Source: Octopus vulgaris (Eukaryota). From it: 64,000 bases of DNA. The notes under the pieces were generated by a model. That model worked only from the letters and a program-made list of their open reading frames with translations, made no database searches and had not been told where the DNA came from. Positions within the stretch are counted from its first letter, which is position 1; each line of letters opens with the position of its first letter. This document shows, piece after piece, positions 41,466-54,366 of this stretch. Both the position numbers and the translations under genes were made by a program. The stretch covers positions 131,006,001 to 131,070,000 of the forward strand of contig OX597817.1 in assembly GCA_951406725.2 (NCBI GenBank). The letters run 5' to 3'.

Positions 41466-43506
41466 GACTTCTTTGATTTGTGCGGGATTTGGCTGCTATT
41501 TCTATCTACGAAAGAGATATTCTATGCTTTGTGCGATATTTGGTTGATATTTCTAGGTATGGAAGCGAGATATCCACTATTTATTCGACATTTGGCTGCT
41601 ATTTCCAGCTATAAAAGCTACCTTCTGTATCGTTGCCTGGTTAGTTTGTTGTGTTTTAGTTTGAGGAATATTCTTAAATACACCAACCACTGAGATATTT
41701 GGAAACCAATACTTTATTTTAATTTTTTGATTGTTTCTCTGTATTACTACCGATGTGTGCCCAACCAACTAGTAATTTGTTTCCTCACAACTTTCTCAAA
41801 AATGGGTAATCTGAAATGAAATTTTCTGAAAGTATGTTTCAGATTGTGTAGATAAGGATTACGTAGGAATTTATTGTGAAAAGAAAAGTACAATTGAATG
41901 GAGGTGATGGATAATTTATACAAGTCGACTTTATTTCCTCATACTTGTAAATTTAAAATGCTGCTGAAAAATAAGGCGGAGTGTCGGATTAGCTCATCCA
42001 CATAAGCTGGATATTATTCATTTTGAGGGGAATTTAAAAAAATTATCTTCATCTTGCATTTGAAAATGATGGCGATGAGGAAGCCTTTCATGAAAAAGTT
42101 ATGAAAATCTGATTTCCATCTGCTTTTAAGACACTGAACACCATTCCAGTTTTTGGGTATAATGTAGTATACTGTCGTAAATGGAGGATTTCGTTTTTGC
42201 TTATATTACATAAATTCTTATTTGGTAACATATTTTTAGAGAAAGAGATGAAAGAGAACATTTTAAAGCATGAAAGATGAAATTATCGGAAGAAAAAATG
42301 GAAATACTCGACCAATGAAACAAAGGAGACGAAAAAAGTGGGACTGGATTATTGAGTAAAAGATGGGTGGGGAGGGGTTTGATCTTTTATACTTTAATTT
42401 TTCTTTAGTTTATTCCTGTAATAATCTGTTGCTAAATAAAAATCTATATTCTATGAAAGTAAATTGTCCTTTAAAATGTGTATTTCATGATGGAACCCGG
42501 AGGTGACGACAGTCATATAAGAATATTTGATGAAACCCGTTTGATATTCGATTGGAGTGTTCCTGTGTGGGTCTCAGCCACTTGTATACCCATTGAATTG
42601 TCAAATTGTTAAACTGTCATCCATAGACAGACTATAGAAGGGCGATGGATGTTCATCAAGAAGAAAGGCGACAATGTTGGATTAATCTTCTACTTGTTTC
42701 AGCCACTTCGAACAAATCGACATCAGGACATATTTTTTTAGCCTAGTACTTATTCTGTTGGTGCCTTTTGCTGAACCGGTAAGTTACAGAGAACTAAATA
42801 CTACACCAACACTGATTGTCAAGCAGTTATAGGGAGACAAACACATGGGGCAAACCCTCTGTTTGTCACCCCCAGATCCCACAAAAAACACATATTCCCT
42901 ACACCAATAGCCTACAACTGGATGACAAGTACCTCCTGCCATCTATGCTCGTGGTGTGTGTGTGTGTGTACACCAAATCCACTCAAAAGTCTTTGGTCAG
43001 CCTGGGGCTATAGAAGAAGACAGACTCCCCAAAGCACTTCCACTCATGTCTTCTTCCACTTGTTCCATCTACTTTGAGAGATCAGCAGTTCTTTATAGAA
43101 CTGTTGGCATCCAGCTCAGTTGTTAAGGTAAATGTTTGTTTCTACAGTTTGTCTCAATAGAAATGAATCTGCATTTTTTAAGTAGCCTTTACATTTGACA
43201 CTGTTGTTTCTCTATAATTTCAGAACATCAGAATACAGAAGAAGCATCCTCAATATCTACCATATTTTAATTATTCCTGTGAAATATTTGCTCTGAAATA
43301 ATATTAGCAAAATTTCTGAACATTGCTGACTGGAGTGTTCAAGAAGATAAGACTGTGTGCTGATTAAAGTTGGATAAATTTATAGAAGTGTTGCTAAACA
43401 AAAGTAACACTGGACAGAAATACAGCAGTAGAAGTGTGTGTAAGGAATAAAGTATAAAAACAAAAACAAGAAAAATATATTGACTTGGATTTTGAGAGGA
43501 AAAGTA

Positions 43507-44403
43507 ATGGAGAAAAGTGAGAAAATTAAAGAATTTATTTCACTTGAACACATGATAAAAGAGATGACCTCATATGACTGTGATATCTGTGCAAAGTCCT
43601 TCTCTCGAAAATGTAACCTGATTTTGCACAAACGTTCTCATACAGGAGAGAAGCCATATCAATGTGATATCTGTGGTAAATCATTCTCTATGAGTAGTAA
43701 CTTATCTAGACACAAGTATATTCATACTGGAGGGAAACCATATCATTGTAATATCTGTGGTAAATCATTCTCTAGCAGTAGTATCTTATCTAGTCACAAA
43801 CATATTCATACTGGAGAGAAACCATATCATTGTGATGTCTGTGGTAAATCATTTTCTTTAAGAAATGCTGTTGCTGTGCACAAACGTACTCATACAGGAG
43901 AGAGATCATATCATTGTGATATCTGTGGTGAATCATTCACTCAACGTATTCACTTAACTACACACAAACGTATTCATACGGGAGAGAAACCATATCATTG
44001 TGATGTCTGTGGTAAATCATTCTCTCTAAGTAATACCTTAAAGAAACATATACGTATTCATACAGGAGAGAAACCATATCACTGTGGGATCTGTGGTAAA
44101 TCATTTTCTCAAAGTTTCAATTTATCTATGCACAAACGTATTCATACAGGAGAGAAGCCATACCACTGTGATATTTGTGGTGTATCATTCTCTCAAAATA
44201 GTGCTTTAACTAAGCACAAACATATTCATACAGGCGAGAAGCCATATGGCTGTGATATTTGTGGTAAATCATTCTCTGTAAGTGATGCCTTAAAGAAACA
44301 CATACGTATTCATACAGGAGAGAAGCCATATGACTGTAGGATCTGTGGTAAATCATTTTCTCAAAGTTTTAGTTTATCTACACACAAACGTACTCATATA
44401 TGA
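43507..44403 (+). CDS. C2H2 zinc-finger protein, 10 tandem fingers (unit 4, most intact paralog)
   Basis: ATG 43507 homologous to the starts of units 1 and 2; 10 intact fingers; TGA replaces the linker Gly, followed by a decayed 11th finger. Confidence 0.88.
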   Translation: MEKSEKIKEFISLEHMIKEMTSYDCDICAKSFSRKCNLILHKRSHTGEKPYQCDICGKSFSMSSNLSRHKYIHTGGKPYHCNICGKSFSSSSILSSHKHIHTGEKPYHCDVCGKSFSLRNAVAVHKRTHTGERSYHCDICGESFTQRIHLTTHKRIHTGEKPYHCDVCGKSFSLSNTLKKHIRIHTGEKPYHCGICGKSFSQSFNLSMHKRIHTGEKPYHCDICGVSFSQNSALTKHKHIHTGEKPYGCDICGKSFSVSDALKKHIRIHTGEKPYDCRICGKSFSQSFSLSTHKRTHI

Positions 44404-47400
44404 GAGAAGCCATATCATTGTGATGTTTCTGGTAAATCATTCTATCAAATAGTAACTGAACCAAACACAAGCATATTCACACACTGGTCATGATTTGTAG
44501 TCTCTGTTGCTGCCGTGCATACCAAGTCTTACATCTTTTACAGTGTTCAGAAAGTATTGAGCAGCATTTTTTATACCCAGTGCATATCATAATGATACAG
44601 GTAACTCTCTTATATTATTCAGCTGGCTTCCAGTCCTGTTAACTAATTTTATTTTGACTACAATGTTAATCTTTATGCTCTGCCTCAAAATTGACTCTTC
44701 ACCAACAAATAAATTTGTTTTTTCTGAAAACCAAAGATATAAAATATTGTGAAATTTAGCCAGAACACTCTGTGTGCCAGTTTTTATAATGTACTAAATT
44801 GCAAACTGAACCCACGATCGTCCATAAATAATAGTAAAAAAAAAAAAAGATAATTATCATCTCAAAGAGGAACTCATCCATAAATAATAATAATAAAATA
44901 TATAATCTTGTGTATGAGAAATGACTCAACTTTTTTATCTACTCCCTATCTATCAGCATTGGTGTCTCTCTCTACTATTTACCATACTTTTTATGTTTCT
45001 CACTCTCTCAGTATATGTATTATCTCTCACGCATTGCTTTCATTTTGTTTAAAACTTCCTCTTCAAATGTTTGCTTTCATTTTATAACAGCTATCATGTA
45101 CAAATCCTGTTTTCTAATTGGGTAAATTGGATCAAACTTCATCAAAATACTTAAATTCTTTCAAAAAGATTTCTGGAATAAATTAATCACAAACTGGTAT
45201 TCATTGTGAAAAAGTACCTCAACATACGAAGTCTGAAAGTTTTCCGTGATATTTGAAGGTACAAAATCTTTCATGGCAACAAAAAAACACTCTGTTTGTC
45301 TCTTTTATTTTTCACTTTCCTCACGAAAAACTATCTATTTCCCACACTCTTTCTCCTTCTGTGTAAAGCATTTAGCTCTCCCTGTGTGTGTATTCAAATA
45401 TGTAAGGAATTTTATCAGTGACAATGTGATTTACAAAACGTTCATTAAAAGATAATTTATTTCAATAGCATAGTTTTCTGTCTGCTGGCGCAAATGAGTC
45501 AATGTCGACTATTTTAGTTACAGCCATGGTTTGATCAAATATGTCCAGAGTTGTCCCTCTTCGGTATTTTCTATTGATTCTGACTAAATAGAAACATCGA
45601 TGTCTGGAAAAATGGTAGGTGGGAGCACTTGACAGATATGGTGATTTTACACATATTTTATCTTAAGAGAGAATGTTTTCTCTATGGTAACTGAAGTGAA
45701 TTTGCCTGTACTAGGTAGAATATGTTATAAACACCTTTTAACTACCATAATATTCCCATCCATGTTGCTACTTCAACAGCTCCTAAAGATATCTTCAGGT
45801 GGAACCGCGTCTGGTTTCGGGCCCCACTCCTCTACCATTTTGGACGTAGTGCCCCCTCCCCCTTTCGGAGGTGTCTTCAGCTTTGGTGTTGAGTGCGTTT
45901 CTTCTTTCGCCTTTTTTGCTGTTACTCTGAGTCTGTGTATGTAGTTCTGCTTATGAATAAACTTTGTGTGGATATATGTTTGTTCATTTATGTATACTTA
46001 TGAACTATATGTGACTGCTGATATACAGACATCTGCACAAAAATGTGTTTATAGCTCTTGGACCCCTTCTCAAGGACTATCAGTGATGCTCCTGATTAAT
46101 ACCTAAATGTAACACTTCACTCAAATGTATTTTCTTATGAAAACTGTTTCTAATGGGACATTCCTTACATGTCTACATAACACGTAAATCTTTGTAATTG
46201 CAATCAGAAAATATAACACAACTGATGTAGAATAAATAATTCCAAAAACATTTCTATTTTCCCGTCATATATACACGTAAATGCACACAGTTGCATCTGT
46301 GTGCGAGTGAGTTCGTATATCCCTTTGACTCCCTTAATATTCACAGGGGTCGTTTACTTGCATTGCACGTTGTAACCATGTCTCGGTTCCTTCACATGTA
46401 CTGGCATACTGCACAACCTTTGTGAATAGAGGATCCTTTGAGGTGGTGTCTTTGGCTTCCAGTCCTCCATATAACTGTGTTAGGTCTGTCTTTTGCTTCA
46501 GAGACTGGGAGATTTATTACTTGACTTGCAACAGATGGCATTTGGCAGCAGAAAGGGAGCCTGACTACAGAAACCTCTGGCCCTTACAACATTGTAAAGT
46601 AAAAGTTCAAAAGAATAGGACATGTGTGTGTTTCTAATATCTAAGGAAAACACCCTCTTCTTTCTCTTCCTGGTCCTCATCACCATCGTTATTAACCATC
46701 TGTTTTCCCTGCCGGTATGGGTTGGATTGTTTGATAGAAGCCGACAAACCAGACGACTGTGCCAAACTCTACTCTCTGCTGTGGAATGGTTTCTATGAAT
46801 GGATGCCCTCGTTTCCAATAATAATCTACAAAATGTTGAGAGAACTCACAATTTCAGATCAGAGAAATTATTGATATTAAAAATCACAGATGTACAGTAT
46901 CTCAATAATGTAGATATAGGTAGAGCAATGTAGTATATAATGTTGGAAAGCTTTTCTTTGTTGTATAAATAAATCTAGACTTATGGATTGGTGATTTTTT
47001 TTTGCTTCATACAGAGGGAATTTTAACAGTAAACCATATTACATCATGCTGTAAGAGGCGTGTAAAAATGTTAGTGTCAAGCAATTATAAGGAAAAACCT
47101 AAAATATTAATTCACAATAAATCAATTGTTGCTGTGGCTAAAACCTACAAAATTAAACCTGCTTTTGACAGGTTTAAAATGCCTATTTTTGTTGTTATTA
47201 ATTGTCACATTTATATAGTTACATTCGTATGTGAATACAAGCATGTCTCTAAGACATGTTACAAGGAGGTCAATAAACAATATCTTATTAAATGGCCTCG
47301 TGAGTGGATTTGGTAGACAGAAACTGAAACATGCCCATCAAATGTGTGTGTGTGTGTTTGTATATATATATGTATATATATATAGATAGATATACATATA

Positions 47401-47506
47401 CACACATTTATTTACATGTAAATATATATAAATATAAGTATGTAGATATATAGATTCCCAAAACGTTTCCATAGATGACAGTAGCGACACCTGCAGGTCT
47501 GACTAC

Positions 47507-47549
47507 GCTGCATTGAGAAGGGGCAACAACCCTGAAACATGTCTGTAGC
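47507..47549 (+). ncRNA. Degenerate minimal hammerhead in a pLTR-like insert (~47450-47716)
   Basis: GCTGCA-TTGAGA-AGGG..CCCT-GAAAC-AT-GTC-TGTAGC; helices I-III pair, core mutated. Confidence 0.55.
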
Positions 47550-47716
47550 TGTCGGACTAGCAGGTTGAAGCGGCTGACCTCCCCTGTTTGAAGGTTTAAT
47601 AACGGACGCAGTTTGTGTGTCAAGTAGCTAGCTTGAGGCGATGGCTTCATGGAGCTAATCAGCAACAGCTTTATTCTTATTTTTAAGAATGCCATATTAG
47701 TATGGCGATAACTATA

Positions 47717-48935
47717 TCATCATCATCGTTTAGCGTCCGTTTTCCATGCTAGCATGGGTTGGACGGTTCTACTGGGGTCTGTGAAGCCAGAAGGCTTCAT
47801 CAGGCCCAGTCACTTGTCATGCCGGGTCTTCTCGCACACAGCACACTCCCAGAGGTCTCGGTCTCTAGTCATTTCCTCAGTGAGACCTAAAGTTCGAAGG
47901 TCGTGCTTCACCACCTCGTCCCAGGTTTTCCTGGGTCTGCCTCTTCCACAGGTTCCCTCAACAGCTAGGGTGTGGCACTTTTTCACACAACTATCTTCAT
48001 CCATTCTCGCCACATGACCATACCAGCGCAAACGTCTCTCTTGCACACCACAACTGATGCTTCTTAGGTCCAGCTTTTTTCTCTCAAGGTACTTACACTC
48101 TGCTGAGTATGAGTACTGACATTACACATCCATCGGAGCATACTGGCTTCATTTCTTGCGAGCTTACGCATATCCTCAGCAGTCACGGCCCATGTTTCAC
48201 TGCCATGTAGCATGGCTGTTCGTACACACGCATCATACAGTCTGCCTTTCACTCTGTGCGAGAGGCCTTTTGTCACCAGCAGAGGTAAGAGCTCTCTGAA
48301 CTTTGCCCAAGCTATTCTTACTCTAAAGATAAGCCCCTGTACCTGGCTTTTGTTGACATGGAGAAAGCCTTCGACAGGGTCCCCCGATCCCTTATCTGGT
48401 GGGCAATGAGGAAACTAGGGATAGATGAATGGTTAGTGAGAGCTGTGCGGGCCATGTATAGGGATGCTGCTAGTAGGGTGAGGGTTGGAAACGAGTACAG
48501 TGAAGAATTCCGGGTAGAGGTAGGGGTCCACCAAGGCTCAGTACTCAGCCCCCTCCTATTTATCATAGTCCTCCAGGCAATAACGGAGGAATTCAAGACA
48601 GGATGCCCTTGGGAGCTCCTCTATGCTGATGACCTTGCTCTAATTGCTGAGTCGCTATCAGAACTGGAGGAGAAGTTTCAGGTGTGGAAACAAGGATTAG
48701 AATCGAAGGGCCTCAGAGTCAATCTAGCTAAAACCAAAGTCGTAATCAGTAGGAAGGTAGACAAATCACAAACGCCTTCAGGTAGATGGCCCTGCTCGAT
48801 CTGTAGAAAAGGTGTAGGTAGAAACTCTATAAGATGCACCAAGTGTAAGCTATGGACACATAAGAGGTGCAGCAATGTCAAAGGAAGGCTAACTAGGAAG
48901 ATGGTTTTTGTATGTGGCAGATGCTCAGGAACAAT
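47717..48935 (-). mobile_element. RTE LINE with inverted 5' segment
   Basis: Minus strand 47717-48323 carries the tail and RT C-terminus (MLHGSETW, LRWYGHVARM); plus strand 48324-48935 carries the upstream RT core (EKAFDRV, GVHQGSVLSPLLF, YADD). Confidence 0.9.
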
Positions 48936-49292
48936 ATATATATGTATGTATATATATGCATATCAGTTATAAGTTTGTTTATTCCTTTATTCCAGTAACA
49001 TAAAATTCTGAACTCTTCAAATGCACTTTCAGCATCGGTTGAGGAGTCGTTCGTTGATGTCATCTACGGAAACGTTTTGGGGATCTATTCTCCAAATGTC
49101 AAACTCTCTCCTTTCACCATGCATCAAACTAATAATGCATTTCTGGTGCACGCCCTCATCTGTCTGTTTTTATTCATATGTATCAGCGAGACTGAACCCG
49201 GGACCATACTTATAGGAAGCAATTATCTTACCACACAGCCACGGTTATGTGTGTGTGTGTGTGTATCTGCGCCTGTATTGTATATATATATA

Positions 49293-50740
49293 TATCATCA
49301 TCATCGTTTAACATCCGTTTTCCGTGCTAGCACGGGTTGGATTGTTCGACCGGGGTCTGGGAAACCAGGAGGCTGCACCAGGCTCCAGTCTGATCTGGCA
49401 GTGTTTCTACAGCTGGATGCCTTTCCTAATGCCAACCACTCCGTGAGTGTAGTGGGTGCTTTTTACGTGCCACCGGCACAGAAGCCAGTCAAGGCGGCGC
49501 TGGCATCGGCCACTTTCAGATGGTGCTTTTTACGTGCCACCGCCACAGAAGCCAGTGAAGGCGGCACTGGCATCAGCCATGTTCGAATGGTGCTTTTTAC
49601 ATACCACCGGCACAGGTATCACAACTGCTATTTCCATTTGATATTTATTTCAACATTCATGTACTTGACTCAATAGGTCTCCTCAAGCACAGCAGGTTGT
49701 TCTGAAATCCAAGGTACTTTGAATGGGCTGGGGCTATGCGGAACTGGTGCAGGAAGCACCCCGGGTCTTTGCAGTCACAGCATATCTCCAGAGATCTCGG
49801 TCATTTGTCATTGCCTCTGTGAGGCCCAACGTTCTAAGGTCATGCTTGACTACCTCATCCCATGTCTTCATGGATCTACCTCTCTCCCTGATACCTTCAA
49901 CTCTTTGGGAGCGGCAATTCTTCACACATCTCTCCTCATCCATCCGCAGTACATGACCATACCATCGCAAGCGTCACTCTTGCACACCACATCTGATGCT
50001 TCTTATGTCCAGCATTTCTCTCAGGGTGTTTACACTCTGTCGTGAGTGCACACTGACATTACACATCCAGTGGATCATGTTAGCTTCATTTCTTTCAAGT
50101 CTACGCATATCCTCTGAAGTCACAGCCCATGTTTCACTACCGGGAAGCATGGTGGTTCGCACACATGCATCATACAATCTACCTTTCACTCTGAGCGAGA
50201 GACCCTTTGTCGCCAGTAGGGGTAGGAGCTTTCTAAACTTTGCCCAGGCTATTCGTATTCTACTGGTAACACTCTCTGAGCATCCACCCCCGCTACTAAC
50301 TTGGTCACCTAGGTAGTAGAAACTATCAACTACTTCTAGTTTCTCCCCCTGGAGTGTGATGGAATCTGTTTACTGTGTATCTGTGGTGTCTATTGTCCCT
50401 GTGCATCTGCCGCACATGAAAGCTATCTTATCAGTTAATTTCCCTTTGATGTTGCTGCACCTCTTATGCGTCCATAGCTTACACAGGGTACATCTTATGG
50501 AGTTTCTACCTACACCATTCCTACAGATCGAGCAGGGCCACCTGCCCGAGGGGGTGTGTGATGAGTTCGCCTTTCTGCTTACTATAACTTTGGTCTTTGC
50601 TACATTTACTCTAAGGCCCTTTGATTCTAAACCTTGCTTCCACAACCGAAATTTCTTTTCTAGTTCCGGTAGTGATTCTGCTATGAGAGCCAGGTCATCA
50701 GCATAGAGGAGCTCCCAGGGGCAACCTGTTTTGAATTCCT
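49293..50740 (-). mobile_element. 5'-truncated RTE LINE, related to 47717-48935
   Basis: LLYADDL, Cys/His cluster, YLGD, GSETW, RWYGHVLRM; (CAT)n tail at 49293. Confidence 0.9.
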
Positions 50741-50799
50741 TATACAATACGAGCGCACACATATACATACACGCAGGTGCACCTATATATCATTTTCCT

Positions 50800-51430
50800 T
50801 TTTTCAGTCATTGAAGTGTGGCCATGCTGAGGCACCGCTTTTAGTCGCGGAAATCAATCCCAGAACTTATTCTTTGTAAGCCTAGTACTAATTCTATCGG
50901 TCTCTTTAGCCAAATCGTTAATATTACGGTAACGTAGACACACCAGCATCGGTTGTCAAGCGTTGTTGGGTGGACAAGCATAGACACACAAACATGTATA
51001 CACATACATACATGTGTATATATATATATAATATATATCTGTAAAAATAATATGTGACAATTACTCGGTAGCCAAGATAAAACTCTGAGTTTCAGATGCC
51101 GAGGTGGAAATCCACACCAGATAACTGAAGTGATGGTGGTGTGGATTTCCACCTCGGCATCTGAAACTCAGAGTTTTATCTTGGCTACCGAGTAATTGTC
51201 ACATATTATTTTTACAGATAAATTCCTCTATTTACATAATATTGAGGTCTCTTTCTTTCTTTTGTTATCTTACCGTTTTTACCAATATATATAATTACGA
51301 CGGGTTTCTTTCAATTTCCGTCTACCATATCTACTCAAAAGCCTTTGGTCGACCCGAGACTATAGTAGAAGACACTTGCCCAAGGTTCCACGCAGTGGGA
51401 CTGAACCCAGAACCATGTGGTTGATAAGCA
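50800..51430 (-). mobile_element. tRNA-SINE split at its internal (TA)n by a fold-back pLTR insert
   Basis: Two halves (50800-51000, 51297-51430) reverse-complement the SINE at 31353-31718. Confidence 0.8.
51036..51220. repeat. Perfect 84-bp inverted repeat, 17-nt spacer, containing a hammerhead-like motif
   Basis: 51036-51119 is the exact reverse complement of 51137-51220; plus strand AGATAA-CTGAAGT-GATG..CATC-T-GAAAC-TCAGA-GTT-TTATCT. Confidence 0.92.
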
Positions 51431-51431
51431 C

Positions 51432-52513
51432 CTACTTTATTTCATTAAGATTTGCCATAAAGGCATTACAAAGAGTAGCTTGCGCGCTGGACTTGTACAT
51501 TGATGAGGTGAATAATGAAACAAGGATGATATTGATGAGAGAAGGCAGAAAACGCCCGCCGATTTTCCGCTTCTCTAAAACATTGTTCTTTTCTTTTTCC
51601 ATCAAAAACGACAATTATTGAACTTAATAGTCCATTACAAATATATATAATAAATTATTCAATATACACACAATCTATAAGATCAATCAAGCAAATGACA
51701 CGCCGCCTGCAGGAAAGCCTGCATCGGCAGGTCGGGACCCGGAAAGAGGAAAGCAAAATCTGTCTTATTACAGGTCACCATGACCTCGAACAGTTCCTTC
51801 TGACTCACGACGTCCGCAGCCACCTGCGGAGGCCAGTCTGGACAGTCTATACAAACCGAATCCAATCGTCCTCGGCCTGAAAGACCGTCCAAGCACTTCT
51901 CGACAGGCCCTTCCCTGAGATAGAAAACGACGGGTTTCACGTTCTCCTCACGGGTAGGGGTCTCAGCCCGCTCTGTCAGTGGCACAATTCCCGCTGACAG
52001 AGCCTCTCGTTCCGGTGGCTCACGTTCCACCGAAGGGGTTTCGGAACATGCCGCCGGTGCACCAGCAACCGCCGGCGATGCCCCGTTTTTCTTTCTTTTC
52101 TCCCCCCCCCCATTTTTCGCGTCGGGAGAGCGTGGTTCCTCCGTTTTGTCCGTATGTCCCTCCTTCCCTCTCGCCGCCACGGGATCCATCAGTGGGCAAC
52201 CACTGTTGTCCACCTTTTTTTCCTTTTGAGGGGATTACCTCCTCCTCGACTTTTTCTACATCTCCCTCCTTTATATGCTCATGAGGCTCCGTTGGAGGAA
52301 AAACATCCTCCTCTATTAATTTTTCCAGAACCTTTGCATGGTTGTTGGGGCACTTCTTACTAATGTGCCCCGATTCCAGGCACAGGTGATGCTAGGGGAT
52401 GGGGCGTCCCTCAAGTGTCACCGGATACCTAGAATCGGCCATCTTTAGAAAATCTGGAAAGACCAGATCTTTGGCTGATTGGATCCATAGAGTCAAAATT
52501 GCTTTGGACCCCA
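51432..52513 (-). mobile_element. ORF1/gag-like zinc-knuckle element (non-LTR ORF1 type)
   Basis: YPVTLEGRPIP*HHLCLESGHISKKCP (decayed CX2CX4HX4C), then a low-complexity basic/acidic region, stop at 51683 and AATAAA at ~51434. Confidence 0.55.
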
Positions 52514-53451
52514 TATATATATATATATATATATATGCATACACGCACAGACATACAAACACACATAGATAGATAGATAGTTTAAAAGATAGATAGTCAA
52601 TACTTATAGAAAAAAACACGTAGACGGGTGTATGAACAACAAAGAAGTGTATTAATTTGATGCTCGGGAAAGTGACAAAGTCTTATATGTTTCGCGCGTA
52701 CGCTCTTCAACAGAAAAGAAGAAATTAAACAGAATTTGAAAATAACTTTTGGATTTAGCGGTCAATCATGGCGACTGGTTGTAACAAAAGAGATGGAAAG
52801 AATGGGATATAATAAAGTATTGGTGATCCCAAAACGAAGGTGCGTGTGTGTGTTTATATGTGAGAATGTGTGGGGACAAGGGCTAAGGATGTGTTCATGT
52901 GTAAGTGTATAGAGCCTGTCTGAGTTCAGACAGTATTAAAATAATTTACATAATTGACCTCATTTCTTCCTTGTTTCTTATGTATGTCAGAGTGACAAAA
53001 AAAAAGAAAAGAAAAAATGTTAGCATGCAAAATGATTAAGATATTTTCAATAGAAATTTCTAACTCTTTGAACCGACCTACCAACGATACATATATTTCT
53101 ATTCATTATTTAAATCTATTTTCACCCTTTGAATAACGTTCTGAAATTTTATATACTTGTTTGTTAAGTATGTTACAGTGTGAAAGGAGAACAAGGAAAA
53201 CTGAAACAAAGGAATGCGGTCGGTTTGCAAGCGGCAAAGAACAACAGCCAAATTTCCAACAAAACACCAGCAGCTCGTCTAAAATGTATCTTCAACTTAT
53301 AAATGAAAACAAATGACACATTCGGTTCCCCGTATATTTAAACCATGATTACAAAAATATCGAGTAAGAGTGTAAATTTTAGAATTTATTGAAAGGGCCG
53401 ATTGCAAAAAGTTTCAAAGAATGTATGTATGTATATATATATATATATATA

Positions 53452-53531
<80 letters not shown>

Positions 53532-54137
53532 CATACATATGGATTTTGTACGGCTCTTATTCTTTCTTTCTTTCGTTCCCCCTCTCTCACATTTCCTGGC
53601 TTTCTCTTCATTCTCACCTTCCCTCCTCTTTCATTTCACTCTGTTCCTTTTCTTTTTTCTCGTCCCTCCCAAATTCTTCTGTCTCTCTGTCTCTACCTCT
53701 CTCCTCTCTCTCCACGTCACCGGTGTTCGGTGTTTCTTTCTTGGTTCGACTACCATCCGTGCAACATCTATATTCCTCCTCATGCCTGTCATCTCTTGTA
53801 TCCCTGCCGTAAGGCTTCACTTCCTCAGTCAAAAGACACCTGTTGTTATGTCCTGTTAATTGCATTTGCATTGGTGTAACATTTCGCCGTTTATTTCCGT
53901 CCTTGTTTACGTATACAATCGCTGCTTTCTTCCAAGGAATCTAATGCTCTTAGCTTAGTTTTCCCTTGGGGCAGGCCATATTGGAGCAATCTCGTATAAC
54001 CAGCCGAAATTGCAAAGATAATTTGAAACTCGACTGAGGAAAGAAAAATTCGAATGACCCGTCAGTGTTTTTTCTTCTCTCTCTTTTGTATCATCAGTCT
54101 GGATGTTTTGCGTTCTTGTTCTATTTTTGTATTCCTT

Positions 54138-54177
<40 letters not shown>

Positions 54178-54264
54178 TGAGTGTTTTTATGTATGTGTCT
54201 GTGTATATATATATATATATGTATACATATGCATATAAATATATATACATATATGTACATACGC

Positions 54265-54366
<102 letters not shown>

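Noticed and set aside
44401-44480. A-to-I recoding of the unit 4 TGA to extend the array
   Set aside because: The 11th finger lacks its second Cys and has a frameshift and stop, so read-through would add nothing functional
45790-45885. CTGAAGA and GAAA words on the minus strand as hammerheads
   Set aside because: Helix II or helix I cannot form; CCTCC-GAAA-GGGGG is just a tetraloop hairpin
52675-52715. Hammerhead-like TTGAAGA-GCG-tacg-CGC-GAAAC on the minus strand (similar TCGATGA..GAAAT at 60650-60716)
   Set aside because: Non-canonical core and no convincing helix I or cleavage triplet; possibly decayed pLTR motifs but not supportable
54030-54066. CTGAGGA..GTC hammerhead candidate
   Set aside because: No GAAA box and no stable helix II
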